DNA of 64,000 nucleotides from Ruditapes philippinarum (taxonomy: Eukaryota), in NCBI RefSeq assembly GCF_026571515.1, contig NW_026860591.1, positions 1 through 64,000 on the forward strand, given 5' to 3'. A program made the translations under genes and the position numbers. How positions within the stretch are numbered: the first letter of the stretch is position 1; each line of letters opens with the position of its first letter. Below are positions 52,065 through 64,000 of this stretch, piece by piece. The notes beneath the pieces are model-generated. The model saw nothing but the letters and a program-made list of their open reading frames with translations. It had not been told where the DNA came from and ran no database searches.

Positions 52065-53039
52065 ACTAAAATTCGTGAAACGCCCTCAAGTGTTAGAAAA
52101 GTCAAACACAACTAAATTGTTTCCTTCCTTATTTTTATGTAAAACCGACTTTAAATCCGACTTTGATAAATGATGGGCAATGGAGATTCATTTTAGGAAA
52201 TAAAATATCCTACAATATTAACTAGATTTCTAACCACATGTATGATAAGGTAAATTTGAAATGTTTATATATAATTAAACGACAAGTCGGCACGCGCAGC
52301 AGGGACTCAGACCAAAATTGCATTTTTTACAATTAAAAAAACCCTCAAAATATGGAAACAATAAAGAATTTTGCTTTCCTTGTTCATGACATTATTATTA
52401 AAAACTAATATAAAAAGAGAAAATAAATAGCATGTCATAGATAACAATGCTTATTGTAGACAGAGCTAAAATATATACATAACTGCTTTGATTATAATGT
52501 GTAATTTGGGGCGGAGGCCTTTATTCAAAACAATAAAATGCTGTTGTTTTTTTTGTGTGAATCTGAAAGAACATGTGTGTATATCAAATTTAATGAAAGT
52601 TATTACTTCACTACGCCCTCAGCTCAATGTCGCTCACAATAAATTCCATAAAATTTGATATATGATACATAAAACATATCTAAGCCATTATAAATGTAAC
52701 TTCTTACAGTTTGCACATCAACATTCAATGCTTCATTATAAGATTATAATTGAAAAAAATAAAACACATGAACATTACAAAGGGCAATAACTCGAAAATT
52801 CTGTCAAAGAGCGTTATGGCTTTTGGTTACGGCGTTCTCTGAAATGAAACCTGTCTATATATTAAATTTCAAGGTTAGATTTCAAATACATTTTGATTTG
52901 TGTCCCAGACAAAAAATAAGTACGAAAACAAACAATAGACCATTTTTTCTAAAACTTGATATTAAACACTGCACTTCTCACCAATGTGCCTACATGTATG
53001 AAATGGCCACTAAATAGTGAGAATCTCCAATGAAGCAGT

Positions 53040-53270
53040 CACTAGTTCGATCGTCGAAAGGAGAAAGATTTCTCCGTGACAACTGATCTCTGACGTTACG
53101 TCTAATGGTCACTCACCGCTGATTCAGAAATCATGTTGGTGTTGCAAAGAAATTCGAAATTACTGTACTGGTAAGTTATCCTGGAAATCCGGTTAGATGA
53201 ACCGACCGCCGATAGTTGACCAAAAAAAGTGTTACATTTGGCGTACAAGCCAGACAAACAAATTAAACCA
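53040..53270 (+). mobile_element. Diverged tRNA-derived SINE (mollusc Meta/MESC-like)
   Basis: B-box-like GTTCGATC, central CCGCTGATTCA, 3' CCGCCG..TGTT..GGCGT..CAAACAAA tail. Confidence 0.5.
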
Positions 53271-53323
53271 CCAATACATTTTGCGTAATGAACACAGGGT
53301 TTATTTCATGAAAAATAAATAAA

Positions 53324-55533
53324 ATGGTTTATTTTATTGCAACAAAAGTGTTGTTAGTTTTCACTATAGTTCAACCATTGTCGGTATATCAAAACTGATG
53401 AATTTCAAAAAGGACCATGCGTTAAATGATTAGCTATGTCCATTTGCTAGTATGGAATTTGGACTTTCGAAGAAATTAACAATGTGTGCCGCCAAATGTA
53501 GTGCTACAGAAAATTGCACGAGCTTCTTTTATAACAAGCAGACGACAACATGCAAAGGTGCACCGGGAATGATCACCTCAGCCGTTGGATGTGAAGATGT
53601 CATAAAAACAGTGTACTACAAAAACGAAGGTAGATCTTTCATTCCTTCCGGATACTACTTCAGATAATTATTGTCCTGAAAGGCGGTACAACAAAGCGTG
53701 TTCGTAAAAAACGTGTTTTTTTTTATCCTGATCTCATATGAAAGTTTTGGAAACGCCATGTTTCTATGATTATAGAACAAAAATCAATTCATTGAACAAA
53801 AAGCTGTTGTTATTCTAAGAATGTATTACATATGTTAAATTATCTGTTGTAAATTATTATTAAATTATATTTTTCAGTACTCATAACCTGAGACTCGTTA
53901 ATTTTCGGAGGTCTTCGTTACCGTAAAATATTATGATTTAACATAGATCAATTTATTGTTGGTGCCGCCGACTTCGTTTTCGAGTAACTTGCCTTTGAAC
54001 TCGATTGTTGTTGCTATTTCAAGGGCAGATAACTTATACATTTTTCTGGCATATCTTATATTTACACATTTTTGTAGAAAAATGCATGGTCCGAGTTAAA
54101 ATACACAGGGATATAATCACGAAGTCCAACGGAGACGCAAACGCGGCAAGGGATCTTATATGTTACCTTTAGCATACGCCTACATAGCCGATTGCACCCT
54201 ATATTTTTTCTCTTTACACAGATTATGGAAGTTATGGTTCAAATTGCGACGTTTCTGAATGTATGATGACAAACAGCATGTGTCTGGAAGGCGTGTGTTC
54301 TTACCAGCCAGGCTATAAGTATAATCGGACATCAGGTTTCTGTGTGACAAGTAATGTAATTTATATTGTTGCAACGTTTTTCTATTATTTTAAAGTATCG
54401 TCTCAAACAATCAATGAGCTCAGTCCTATAACTTAAATCAGAGAGCGTATACGGTAGTTATGATGTAATATTAAGATTGTTTTGAAGATGTCCATGTTTA
54501 TTTACATATCATTTATTTATTATAATTATATATAACTGTATCCATAGATCTACAAGACTGAAAAATTGTGAAAATAAGGGAAGGAATGTTTTTTTGTATT
54601 TGAGGCTGAGTGTACGAGTATTAAATAGAATGATTATAGGTTAAGTTTAGATAAAATTTGAATCTCTCATTAGAATATATATGAAAACAACGGTGTATTT
54701 CTGGTCAAGTGCATATTCATTTACGCTGAAAGGTGAAATAATAATTATTGTATCATAGTTTGGAGACCTTTCTGTTGAAAATGTGTCAGAGTTAAATCGT
54801 ATACATATACATGCACAGTGCGTTAACTGGATTGCAGGTATTAGTTACCCGCACTGCAGTACGTGCCCATTGATTTGCTCTTTTTGGCTGGGGTTTACAT
54901 ATTGTGACGACAGAGAAAGGGAAAGCGACAGAAATATCATATTCAGATGATCGATCATTGGTTCCTTTTTGCCGGGGTTTCATATTGTGACAACAGGGAA
55001 CGTGTTTTTATGTTTGACTACGATACAAAAGAGAAAGAACATCAAAACACTAGGCAATCTGATTAATACTCGGGCGCTACGCCCCCTCGTACAAAACAGA
55101 TAGCCTAGTGTTTCGATGCGATGCTCTTTCCATTACTTAACTTATATTTATACCTGCATAGTTGACATAGAGGAATTGTATTTTATATAGATTATGAACA
55201 ATCTTAAATTACATTGATTAAAATTACAAAGTAGTTGCAGTGACTGAACATTAGTTTACTGTCATAGTTGTTTCTTTTTCAGACTGTACACTCTATGGCG
55301 TCACTTATATTGAATATCGTGATAGGATATTTAATGAAGCCTTAATAGCCACTTATTCCGGTCTTTCTCTAGAAATGTGCAAAGCAAACTGTTCAGAAAC
55401 AAGTGCATGTAGAAGCATTGGCCATGGGCCGGTGACAGGATTGTGTAAACTAAGACCAAGCACACCTTTAGAATATCCTGCAGCGTTCAAAACTTACCAA
55501 GGAGCAAACTATTACACCCGAAACTGTGGGTAG
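53324..55533 (+). pseudogene. Secreted PAN/Apple - EB/EGF-like - PAN/Apple protein gene; exons 53324-53629, 54222-54350, 55283-55533
   Basis: Signal-like MVYFIATKVLLVFTIV; CAAKCSATENCTSFFYN..C; NC..EC..SMC..GVCSYQPGY..C; MCKANCSETSACRSI..C..NYYTRNC*. Phase-1 introns; AATAAA at ~55569. Frameshift near 53370 and in-frame TAG at 53431. Confidence 0.8.
55040..55120. repeat. Hairpin of a Crypton-like non-autonomous element in intron 2
   Basis: CATCAAAACACTAGGC...CGGGCGCTACGCCC...GCCTAGTGTTTCGATG. Confidence 0.55.
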
Positions 55534-58500
55534 AAGGAAACGGAGTAAAATCTTTCTTTTCAGAAGAAAATAAAGACATATAACATAAAGTGTGTAACAT
55601 GCATTTGAATATCGCAATAAATCGACGAGTCGGCGACTGATGCTTACTTATGTTTCATTTGACTTTAAAAAACAAGTTCAAATTCCAGACAAACAAAGAA
55701 TTTAACAACCTTGGTGTCAAATTTATGGCTTATATTTTGAAAAGAGAAAAGTACATTTAAAGACACTTGAATTCAATCTTTGTTGTGAAATTTACATGTT
55801 GTTTGTTATAAAAGTGTAAATAAAAGTAAATGATTTTTATCATCAACGCTGCAAATTTCTGTATACAGAGATAATAGTATATGTGATAGACAAACACGTG
55901 TTTATATCTCCCTGTGGAAACATTCTTTCTAGTGTACGGCACCACACTAGACTATACATGAATTGCTACCATGTTTTTGATGAAATTCTAAAATTACTTA
56001 AACAACTTATATAGATGTATTTTGAATATGATGTTTTAAATTACTCATTGTATATTGGAACAGAGTCTCCTTCTGTTGGAAATTCCGTAAGATCGATAAA
56101 TAATTCACACGAATAATGTATAGTCCCTGGTGGTTACCAAGCCACGGAGGCGACAGGAAATTGCTTCAAGGTTGTCCACCTTAGGCACATGGACAAAAGA
56201 AGTTGCTCGTGTTAATCATCTTACCCTGTTATTTAATTTTCACTTATCTTGGTTTAGTTTAAACATAATTTATTAGCTCGATTGTGTAGTAAGCTATAAG
56301 CTTACAGCCGAACTCTAAAATCTATTTCTGTAACAAACCATTGTAAAGGTTTCTGCTCAAGTAAACAAATTGGATTGAAACCCATACGGTCAGCAATCTT
56401 TAGAATATTAGTTCACCACTCGCCCATGTCATGCTGTCACATTTAATATATCTGGAAATATTCTTTCTTGGCACCGTCTCATTCTATCAAAACCCGATTT
56501 GCGAGGTTTAGCCAGTGTCTAAAATTCAGACTGTATACGTAAGATTCCATCGGTTTATTTAAAGAATGTTTACAGAGTGAATTTTTCAGTCCCATTTTTT
56601 CATTTTGTCTATTCATTGAAATTTTACAAAGGCATAAAAGCGACAAAGGAAATCTTTTGCAAGCGAAAGCTTAAATATCTAAGCTATTTATTCATACCGA
56701 TATTTAAGCTGCTTTACGTCCCCGCAAATCGTCCCGACGGACAACGTAATCACAAAACATTAAGCATGACATTTAGTAAATAAATATCAAAAACAAAAAG
56801 TTATAACATAAATGTTTAATATATTGTAAGCAATATGGAAATAAGTGACCATACAAGCGAAGTAATCAACAAAATACACAAACCACCATATGTCATATAA
56901 AATACATAACTTTATTACATTTAATTATCCTTTAAACTGCAATGTACATACACAACACTTATGATAAGGAAATAAGGAACACATACATCTTAAACATGAT
57001 TCCCCCAAAGAAACTTAATCTTTTTGATTTTGATCAATTCATTTTTTTTCTTCTCACATGTTTACTGTCGGTTGTCCAAATGCTGGATGAATTTAGGATG
57101 CTATGAAAAAAATCACGTGTTGAATAAGGCGCGAAAAGCGCTTCTGTATGTTTGGAAAGGAACAATAACAATACGATGGGGGAAAAATTTGTTTCTAATG
57201 CACTTCGTTAAAACCAAGAAAAATTCATTAACATGATGTAGTGAACTGTGAAAACAGTATTTTACAGAAATTCCCGCACAAAGAAAAAGTCATGTTTTAT
57301 TGTACAAACAACTCTCTGAAAACAAAGGATATTTATTTTGTAAGTATAAAACGGATGTACAATATCTTATGTTGGAGTACAATCATCTTTAAAATGTTAT
57401 ATTCATATACATGTAAAACATCGCTGTTCACCATACATGCACTAAGATTTTGTAAGTGTATTTCGATGCACAGTCGCAGATAAAGGCAGTAAGAGCTGAA
57501 GTATAATAACATTCAACACCAGTGAACTTGACCTCTATGACCTTTACTCCACTAAAGTTCAAGGACATCACAAGGTATCTGACTACCTAATATGAAAGAC
57601 ACCATTCAATAAATAAAGGCTGCATTTTTAAAGCTTTTTTATCAGTCTTGCAACCCTGACCTTGTCCTTGACTTGAATGACAATTTCCTTATCCCAAAAT
57701 GTTAAAACCACCCAAGATATTAACGTATCAAATAGGAAAGACATCATTCAAAAATGCAATTAGCAAAAGATATAGTTTTAACAGTGGTGATCTAAGTATC
57801 CTCTTACTCTGTGAAAGATATCACTCAATAAACAAAAGATGTATGAGCAAAAGTACAAAAAAGTCTGTTTTAAGCACCAGTGACCTCGACTTAAATGCCT
57901 CCGTACTATTACCCTACGAAAATGTGATGTTTACAAGTATGAACATTATTTGAGAAACTTAAATTTTTCAAAAATCTCTAAGATATTTTTTTCACATAAA
58001 TATTTGCATTTAAAAAAATATTTGTCAGTCTTGTGATCAGCAGTAAATTTCAATGGAAAGGTGGCCAATAAAATCATCTTTGGGGACATTTTGCGAAACA
58101 TTTGGGCCGTCAACCCTATAAAATAAATTCATTTTAATGTGTGAAGCATGACTTTCTTCTAGAAAAATTACATCTTTAGCATGACTTTCAAGATTGAGGG
58201 GCAATTTCTTAAAATGTAAGTTTATGGGAAAATTAATACAATAGTCTGACCTAAAGGGAGATAATAAAAATAAACAATGTATACATTGCGTTTCCTCTCA
58301 CAAGTGTTTGTCAAACTGTCAAGTTTAACATTTTTAGAAAAATAATTAAATTTGACAAGGTAAAATTATGTTTGTAAATACTGCACTTCCTCTCGCTGGT
58401 TTCTATCATTTTGGAATGACAATGAAATTCCTTGTATACGTTTCAAGTCATTCTCTGTTGAGTGTTACGGACAAACAGACGGACAACGCGCGGCGCGGCG

Positions 58501-58855
58501 AGTATACGTTCTACCTTCCAGAAGCATAATTAAAACCATTCCCTTTGAAATAATAGAATAACCTTAAACACAATTTAATGGGAGAAAACGTCAGGTGAAC
58601 GAAAAACAGGCTACGTTCAGTTCAACGAATCTAAAGATAAGCTACATTTTACATTTCACAAAATCTAAAAAAACACTATGTCACAAAAGATAATATTTGT
58701 ATTGTTTCTCCTGTTTACATCAGACTAACATATGTATACGAGTCAGTTAAGTGCTGTTAAAGGTGACATTCTAAATTATTTCTATTTCTGAATGCTTCCT
58801 ACGAAAATACATGCACAATAAAACTTCTTATAATTTGTATCGTGCTGATAACCAT

Positions 58856-60207
58856 TTAAACACCGAGTTCAATTAAAGTAATTGCATTTGACCTGTTACA
58901 TGTCACAAGTAGATTATTTCTATTTTTATCAAAGCACAAACTGATTGGATTTTTCAGTCCGCATTCTGCAACAACCAACTCTCCAAAACATGTTCCATCA
59001 ATACTAAACATAATGATGTTATTGGAGCTATATCCGCAGAGAAAAACGGTACCGTTACATGTGACGCACACACCATCTGTGTTTTTCAGACGTTCATCTC
59101 TTAGTTCTGCCAACACTTTGCCATCTTTACAAAGACAAACAGCACCATCAGAGAAATCAGTCACAATTACTTTTTCAGCAGCGACAGCCATGTGCTGAAT
59201 CGTACTTGTTTTGAATATAGCCATGTGATTCAAATCTTTTTCAATTGTATTGATAAGAGTTCCGTCTCTAGAGTGTACGTTGATACCTTTGCTTGTAGAC
59301 AACCATAAATTACCATCACAATACACCATGCCATAATAATCTCCACTCTTAATTGAAACGTTTTTGGTTTTTGTTAAACATGAACCGACAGATATGAATT
59401 GAATACTTTTGTTGTTTAACTTTACCGCTACTTCATTCTTTCCAGTACAACATATGCCAGTTGGTACCGCACCTACCCCGCAGGAATCGTTTACGTTATA
59501 GTTCATATCAAGCATTTTGACATTGTTATTCCGATCATAAATAAAAAAACCTTTGGGGAAAAAAAAAATATCTGAATTGTCCTCGCTTTGTCACTTTTAA
59601 ATTTTTGTATCTATTTTTTACTTTCGATTCCAGTCTATAACGCTTCGGATTGGATGCTTGTCTGCTATTTTCCACAGTGATTATCTCGCCGAAAGAAAAA
59701 GGTGCCGACGGTAAGTTTACAGTATCGCCGCTACTAGATAACATGATTGACTTTGGCCCGCTAAATGTACTTCTTGCATGTAACGTGTAAGCATCTTTAA
59801 TACAGTTCTTCATAATCTTTATCTCAATGAATTTTTGTTGTGGGTCCAAGTTGGTGACGGAGTTAAGCTTTTCCTCTATATCCTTTAATGCTCCTATTGT
59901 GTTTAAGGAAGAGCTCATATCGTTTTCAATGTTTCCTTTTAACTGAGAGTACTTTTCATCAAGAGTCTTAGCCTTCTCCTGTTTTAGGTTAGCTATGTGT
60001 TTAATCATTTCACTTTCTGATTTGTTCAGTTTGTCTTGTATTTCTCGTTTCTGCTCCTTCAAAGTGGTAATATTATTTTGTTGTTCAAGTATATCAGCCT
60101 TCAAACATTCTGATGCACTTTTGGATTCGTCAATGAGATAGTCTATGTCTGATTGTGGTAGCTCTACATTTGTCAGGATACCTATTGCATTTACATCAGC
60201 ACACGAT
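58856..60207 (-). CDS. TRIM-like gene B, coding exon 2 (coiled coil plus NHL-like propeller); frameshifted at ~59535-59620
   Basis: Acceptor TTTGTAG|A, RSCADV; strong paralogy to gene A (NEVAVKLNN..IQF.S.GS, ELRD.RLK.T.G.C, GTVFLCGY.SNNI.MF). Confidence 0.8.
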
Positions 60208-60548
60208 CTACAAATATAGTAAATTATAAATCGATCTGTATACACATTATTCTTTAATCTGCATTGGGTTCAAAAATAAAAAAAACGATGTTTTTGTCTA
60301 TCATTCAATATAAAGAAAAGGTTATTAACACAATCGGAATTATATATTCGATAAGATGACATTCGAAGAACGTGAGCGAAGAATAAAACATTACGACAAA
60401 TTTTCACATAATTAAAAGGATATCATTAATATTGTGCTTAAGATATACATGTGTTTATATTAGATTGTGTACAGCATATTCATAGTTAAATAGAAACAGT
60501 AAATAATTAGTAATTTTTAAAAAACTGCACAGAGAAAAAAATGATTAC

Positions 60549-60874
60549 CTATGTTCTTGAGCAATGCACATGACACAATACACCATATCATGCGTGCTGC
60601 AGTACATCTCAATATCACGGTCCGGGTGGTCACGGCATTTAGTCCTGGAAGTCAATGTCTTCCTGTCTGTGGAGACTTTAGCAGTTTGTAGTTCATGATC
60701 ACTCGTAGCTTTTCGTCGACTATGTTGTCTTCCACAGCGTGTACATAGGTATTCTTGGCACTCAGAACAATAATAAAACGCCTCAATTCTCATATTTTCA
60801 TCTCTGCAAGGTGTACATGTAGGATCCAAGTCCTGACCTTTCTGAATTATTTGAAGTTCCCCTCTTTCAGCCAT
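60549..60874 (-). CDS. TRIM-like gene B, coding exon 1 (two B-boxes)
   Basis: MAERG..CTPC..YCSECQEYLCTRC..H..H..CRDHPDRDIEMYCSTHDMVYCVMCIAQEHR|; same phase-2 intron as gene A. Confidence 0.9.
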
Positions 60875-62956
60875 TCTGCGTAACAAAACAAACAGCTATA
60901 GGAATTTAATTCTACTTAATCTACTTTTGGCATGTTTGTTATTGCTGTTAAATATTATTATTCACACTTTATATTTTCTATATTTGCAAAAATTAGCTAC
61001 ATTTGTATATTACAGGAGATAGTTTAAACTTAAATATGTAAAAACATCAGACATTGGTCAATATCAACTGACAACATACACCAAATTTAAGTTGACGGCT
61101 TAATATCTAAAAAAAATGCGATTACTGTTTAACATGTCAAAAGTTTATCTGTTTTAACACTTAATGACCGAAAATGATTTTATTGTAATAAAAATGTCAA
61201 AGACTTGCAGACTGACTTGACTGTTAAATAAACATACATGTATTTGAATAGCTAATATGTTATTCGTATTAAATTGTTACCATATTTAAAAACTCATTTA
61301 TCTTTATATAATCAGAGTAAGATTTTCTCCTTGCCCCAGTTGGTTTAATTCATATTGAATACATAAAAAGATATAAAGATTAAAGTTTAAATTGTATAAC
61401 AAGATATGAAGATTAATGTATAATTTGTATATTATACAGTTATTATAAGATACTTGCGATGCTCTACATTCCGATATATTCTTATAGCGCTAAATTACAA
61501 ATATTATTATATACAAAGATCACCGAGTATGTGTTACTGTTTGCTTAAATATCAGCAATGCACAGCATTATTCACAACCGGAAAACTTGTAAGTTATCTT
61601 GATTATAAATGAGTGCAAGAGTGAAGTGGTTTAGTAAAGTTGCAATACAATGAACACATTTATTTTTACAATTTGCTACAAACATTGTATAATGTTTCAT
61701 GCAATTAAAATTGAAAATTGGAATTGAAGTTAATGCATTTAATTCCTTAATTGCTCCGCAGTAGGGGATGAATGACTTTAAATTTCAGTTATACACCGTT
61801 GCATAAAATAAATCACGCTACCAAGCCATACAAAACAAAAATTCATTGCTTAATATTTGTAATTTTTGCCATTTTACATCACTATTTTAAATTCTTGAAA
61901 TACCTTGTTTTTCAATACGTGTAATAATATAACATTCTTTGATAAAGACAAACAAGAGATAACGCTCGAACTTTCGTGATTCCCTCATGACAATCCCTAT
62001 ATCAACGGTAGTATACAACAGTCAGCGGCGGCTGAAGGTGGCTACCAGTCGCTTAAAGCACTTCTATGGAGCTATTTGGTTTTAACAGATTTTGGAGCAT
62101 ATGATATCATAATTATTATAATAATGAAATTATACGAAGCGTAAATAATGAAAATCAATTGTAAATAAATGTGAAAAAAAAGTTTCATTTTCGAGCAAGG
62201 CATTCGGAGAAAGTCTTTTAAAATTAGATCTACTGGTAGATCTACTGATATTTAAAATGTTCATTATCATCAAGCTTCAGCGAAGTAATTTGATCACGTA
62301 AAGTAAACATGTTTATCGAAGTTGATATATCTAACCGCTGATAAATATTTCATTTACAAAACGAATCAATATCAAATAACTCTGACGAAACTGAATAACT
62401 ACAGAAAGATCCTTTTAGTACAAAGTATGAAAAAAAGTTAAAGTTTTAAACATGTTGTAAAACTATGTACAATGTAGCTAGCTAGCATGTATACACAGCA
62501 AAACCTACCATGATGCTTGCCTATATATTTTCTATTATTAGACTTCTGTCTTTAGAAGAAAAAAAAACAACAACAACTCGTGAACTACTTGCAGTTTAGA
62601 CAATAACTAGTTAAATGTCCTTACTATCGTCGTTTTATTTAATCCTCCAAGTTTTCATTAAAACTACAGTGTAACTTTAAACATAACTCCAACACGTGTT
62701 TACATCACGTAGACATAAACGTCACGGCAACTCTTTTATACATTAAAAAACTGACCTGATTTTCTATTTTCAGGAAACCCCGCACATCTCTGCATATTTG
62801 GCGCCTAAACGGATGTGGAAAAACAAATAATCATTCAATAGTGAGATAACAGCAGATCTGATAATCATAATGCTTTAACATGAAACACACACTGTACATG
62901 TAAATAACTTTTTAATCCACTACAAATCTCAATTAACCTACCTTCTTAATCTTTCT

Positions 62957-62968
62957 TGTTTCGGTTTC
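62957..62968 (-). promoter_or_regulatory. ISRE/IRF-like motif GAAACCGAAACA next to the putative 5'-UTR exon donor of gene B
   Basis: TTGAAACCGAAACAAGAAAGATTAAGAAG|GTAGGT. Confidence 0.55.
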
Positions 62969-64000
62969 AACAAAGTTGATTATCTCCCATTATTTGGGGT
63001 ATAACGGGACTATGTGATTAATAAACAACGTAACTAAATTGTCCCCTTTCTTTATTTGGTGCCGTTTTCTGCCTTGCTATTCGGCTAGAGCCAAACAAAC
63101 AAACAAACGTTAATTTGAAAGTGCAACTGATATTCAAATATCAGGGAAGTTTTCTGCTAGTTTCGCTTGAACCAGGGTCTTTCTATTTGAAAGACCCCGC
63201 TTAAACCTATTTCTTTAAATATTAACGAATTTTATATTTCTCTTAACTAGCCTTTTAAAATAATTGCATGAAATATACCGGAATAAATATAATGATATCT
63301 TAAACACTTTGGGGAGGGCTGTTGCTACTGTTGTTAAAACTTGTAGCCCGAGCTATTTGCACTATATCATTGAAAAAAAAAACACAAAACATTTTACACC
63401 TTTATGTCCCAAAAGAGGCCCCTTACAAATAAAAGGGGAAATAGCTCATGTGTCTACCCGTCCCGACTGGCAGCTTAACAGCTGGCGGCACGCGTCCCGT
63501 GCGCCTCTATCTCTTGACGGAAATCCTGGATCCTCGGAACATTGCACCGATTACCAGTAATCATCTACGAAACAATACAGATTGACCTTTTATGTCAACA
63601 GTAAATGCATGGGGTGTAATTTTAGAAATAGGTAATTATAGTGTATTTACTGGACATTTATTAAGTATTCATAGTAAATAGGCCTACAGTGTAAACATCA
63701 TTTTTTGCTATAAAGATGAAATAACATCGGTAATGCTATAGAGATAAAATAACATCAAGGAATAAATGTATCATGCAAAATATAAAGCCATCGGAACTTT
63801 TGAGTAAAAATATGTGCAACAAAATATTCCGAATGCATAAAATGCTCCAGAAAATTTAAAGAAACTAACGTTACCGCTGTTGGAAAAGATATCTCATATT
63901 TTATGCGACATTTTCCGTCTGACCTGGGGAGAATTTCAACTGCTTTGCTAATATTGCAATGATTTTTATGTATCATTTTTGTTATGTAATAGTTAAAGTA

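Noticed and set aside
63400-63560. GC-rich structured ncRNA or 98-aa ORF
   Set aside because: Resembles a decayed MITE end (GGCACGCG..CGTGCGCC..CCTGGATCC); no coding or RNA-family signature.

Overview
AT-rich eukaryotic (animal) genomic DNA. The repeat families and the B-box/beta-propeller gene family suggest a bivalve mollusc; this is inference. Most of the window is transposon-derived. Host genes reconstructed by hand from GT-AG splice sites: (1) a four-exon claudin/PMP22-like tetraspan gene on the minus strand (17961->5901, ~434 aa) with a long repeated cytoplasmic tail, plus a decayed partial duplicate at ~36.1-39.1 kb; (2) two paralogous RING-less B-box/coiled-coil/NHL-like propeller (TRIM-like) genes (50095->48156 intact; 60874->58856 with a local frameshift), each with a putative non-coding first exon carrying an IRF/ISRE-like motif; (3) a secreted PAN-EB/EGF-PAN gene that looks pseudogenised (53324-55533, +). 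Mobile DNA: a young full-length 4.7 kb LINE with a 10-bp TSD whose ORF2 follows ORF1 in frame after a single TAG with no start codon; older LINE fragments; a solo LTR; a mariner; a 5-kb Harbinger-like element; hAT/P-type MITEs; a probable P-type excision footprint; nested Helentron-like (HINE-type) tandem-repeat elements; tRNA-derived and SINE sequences. All family assignments come from motif recognition, not database searches.
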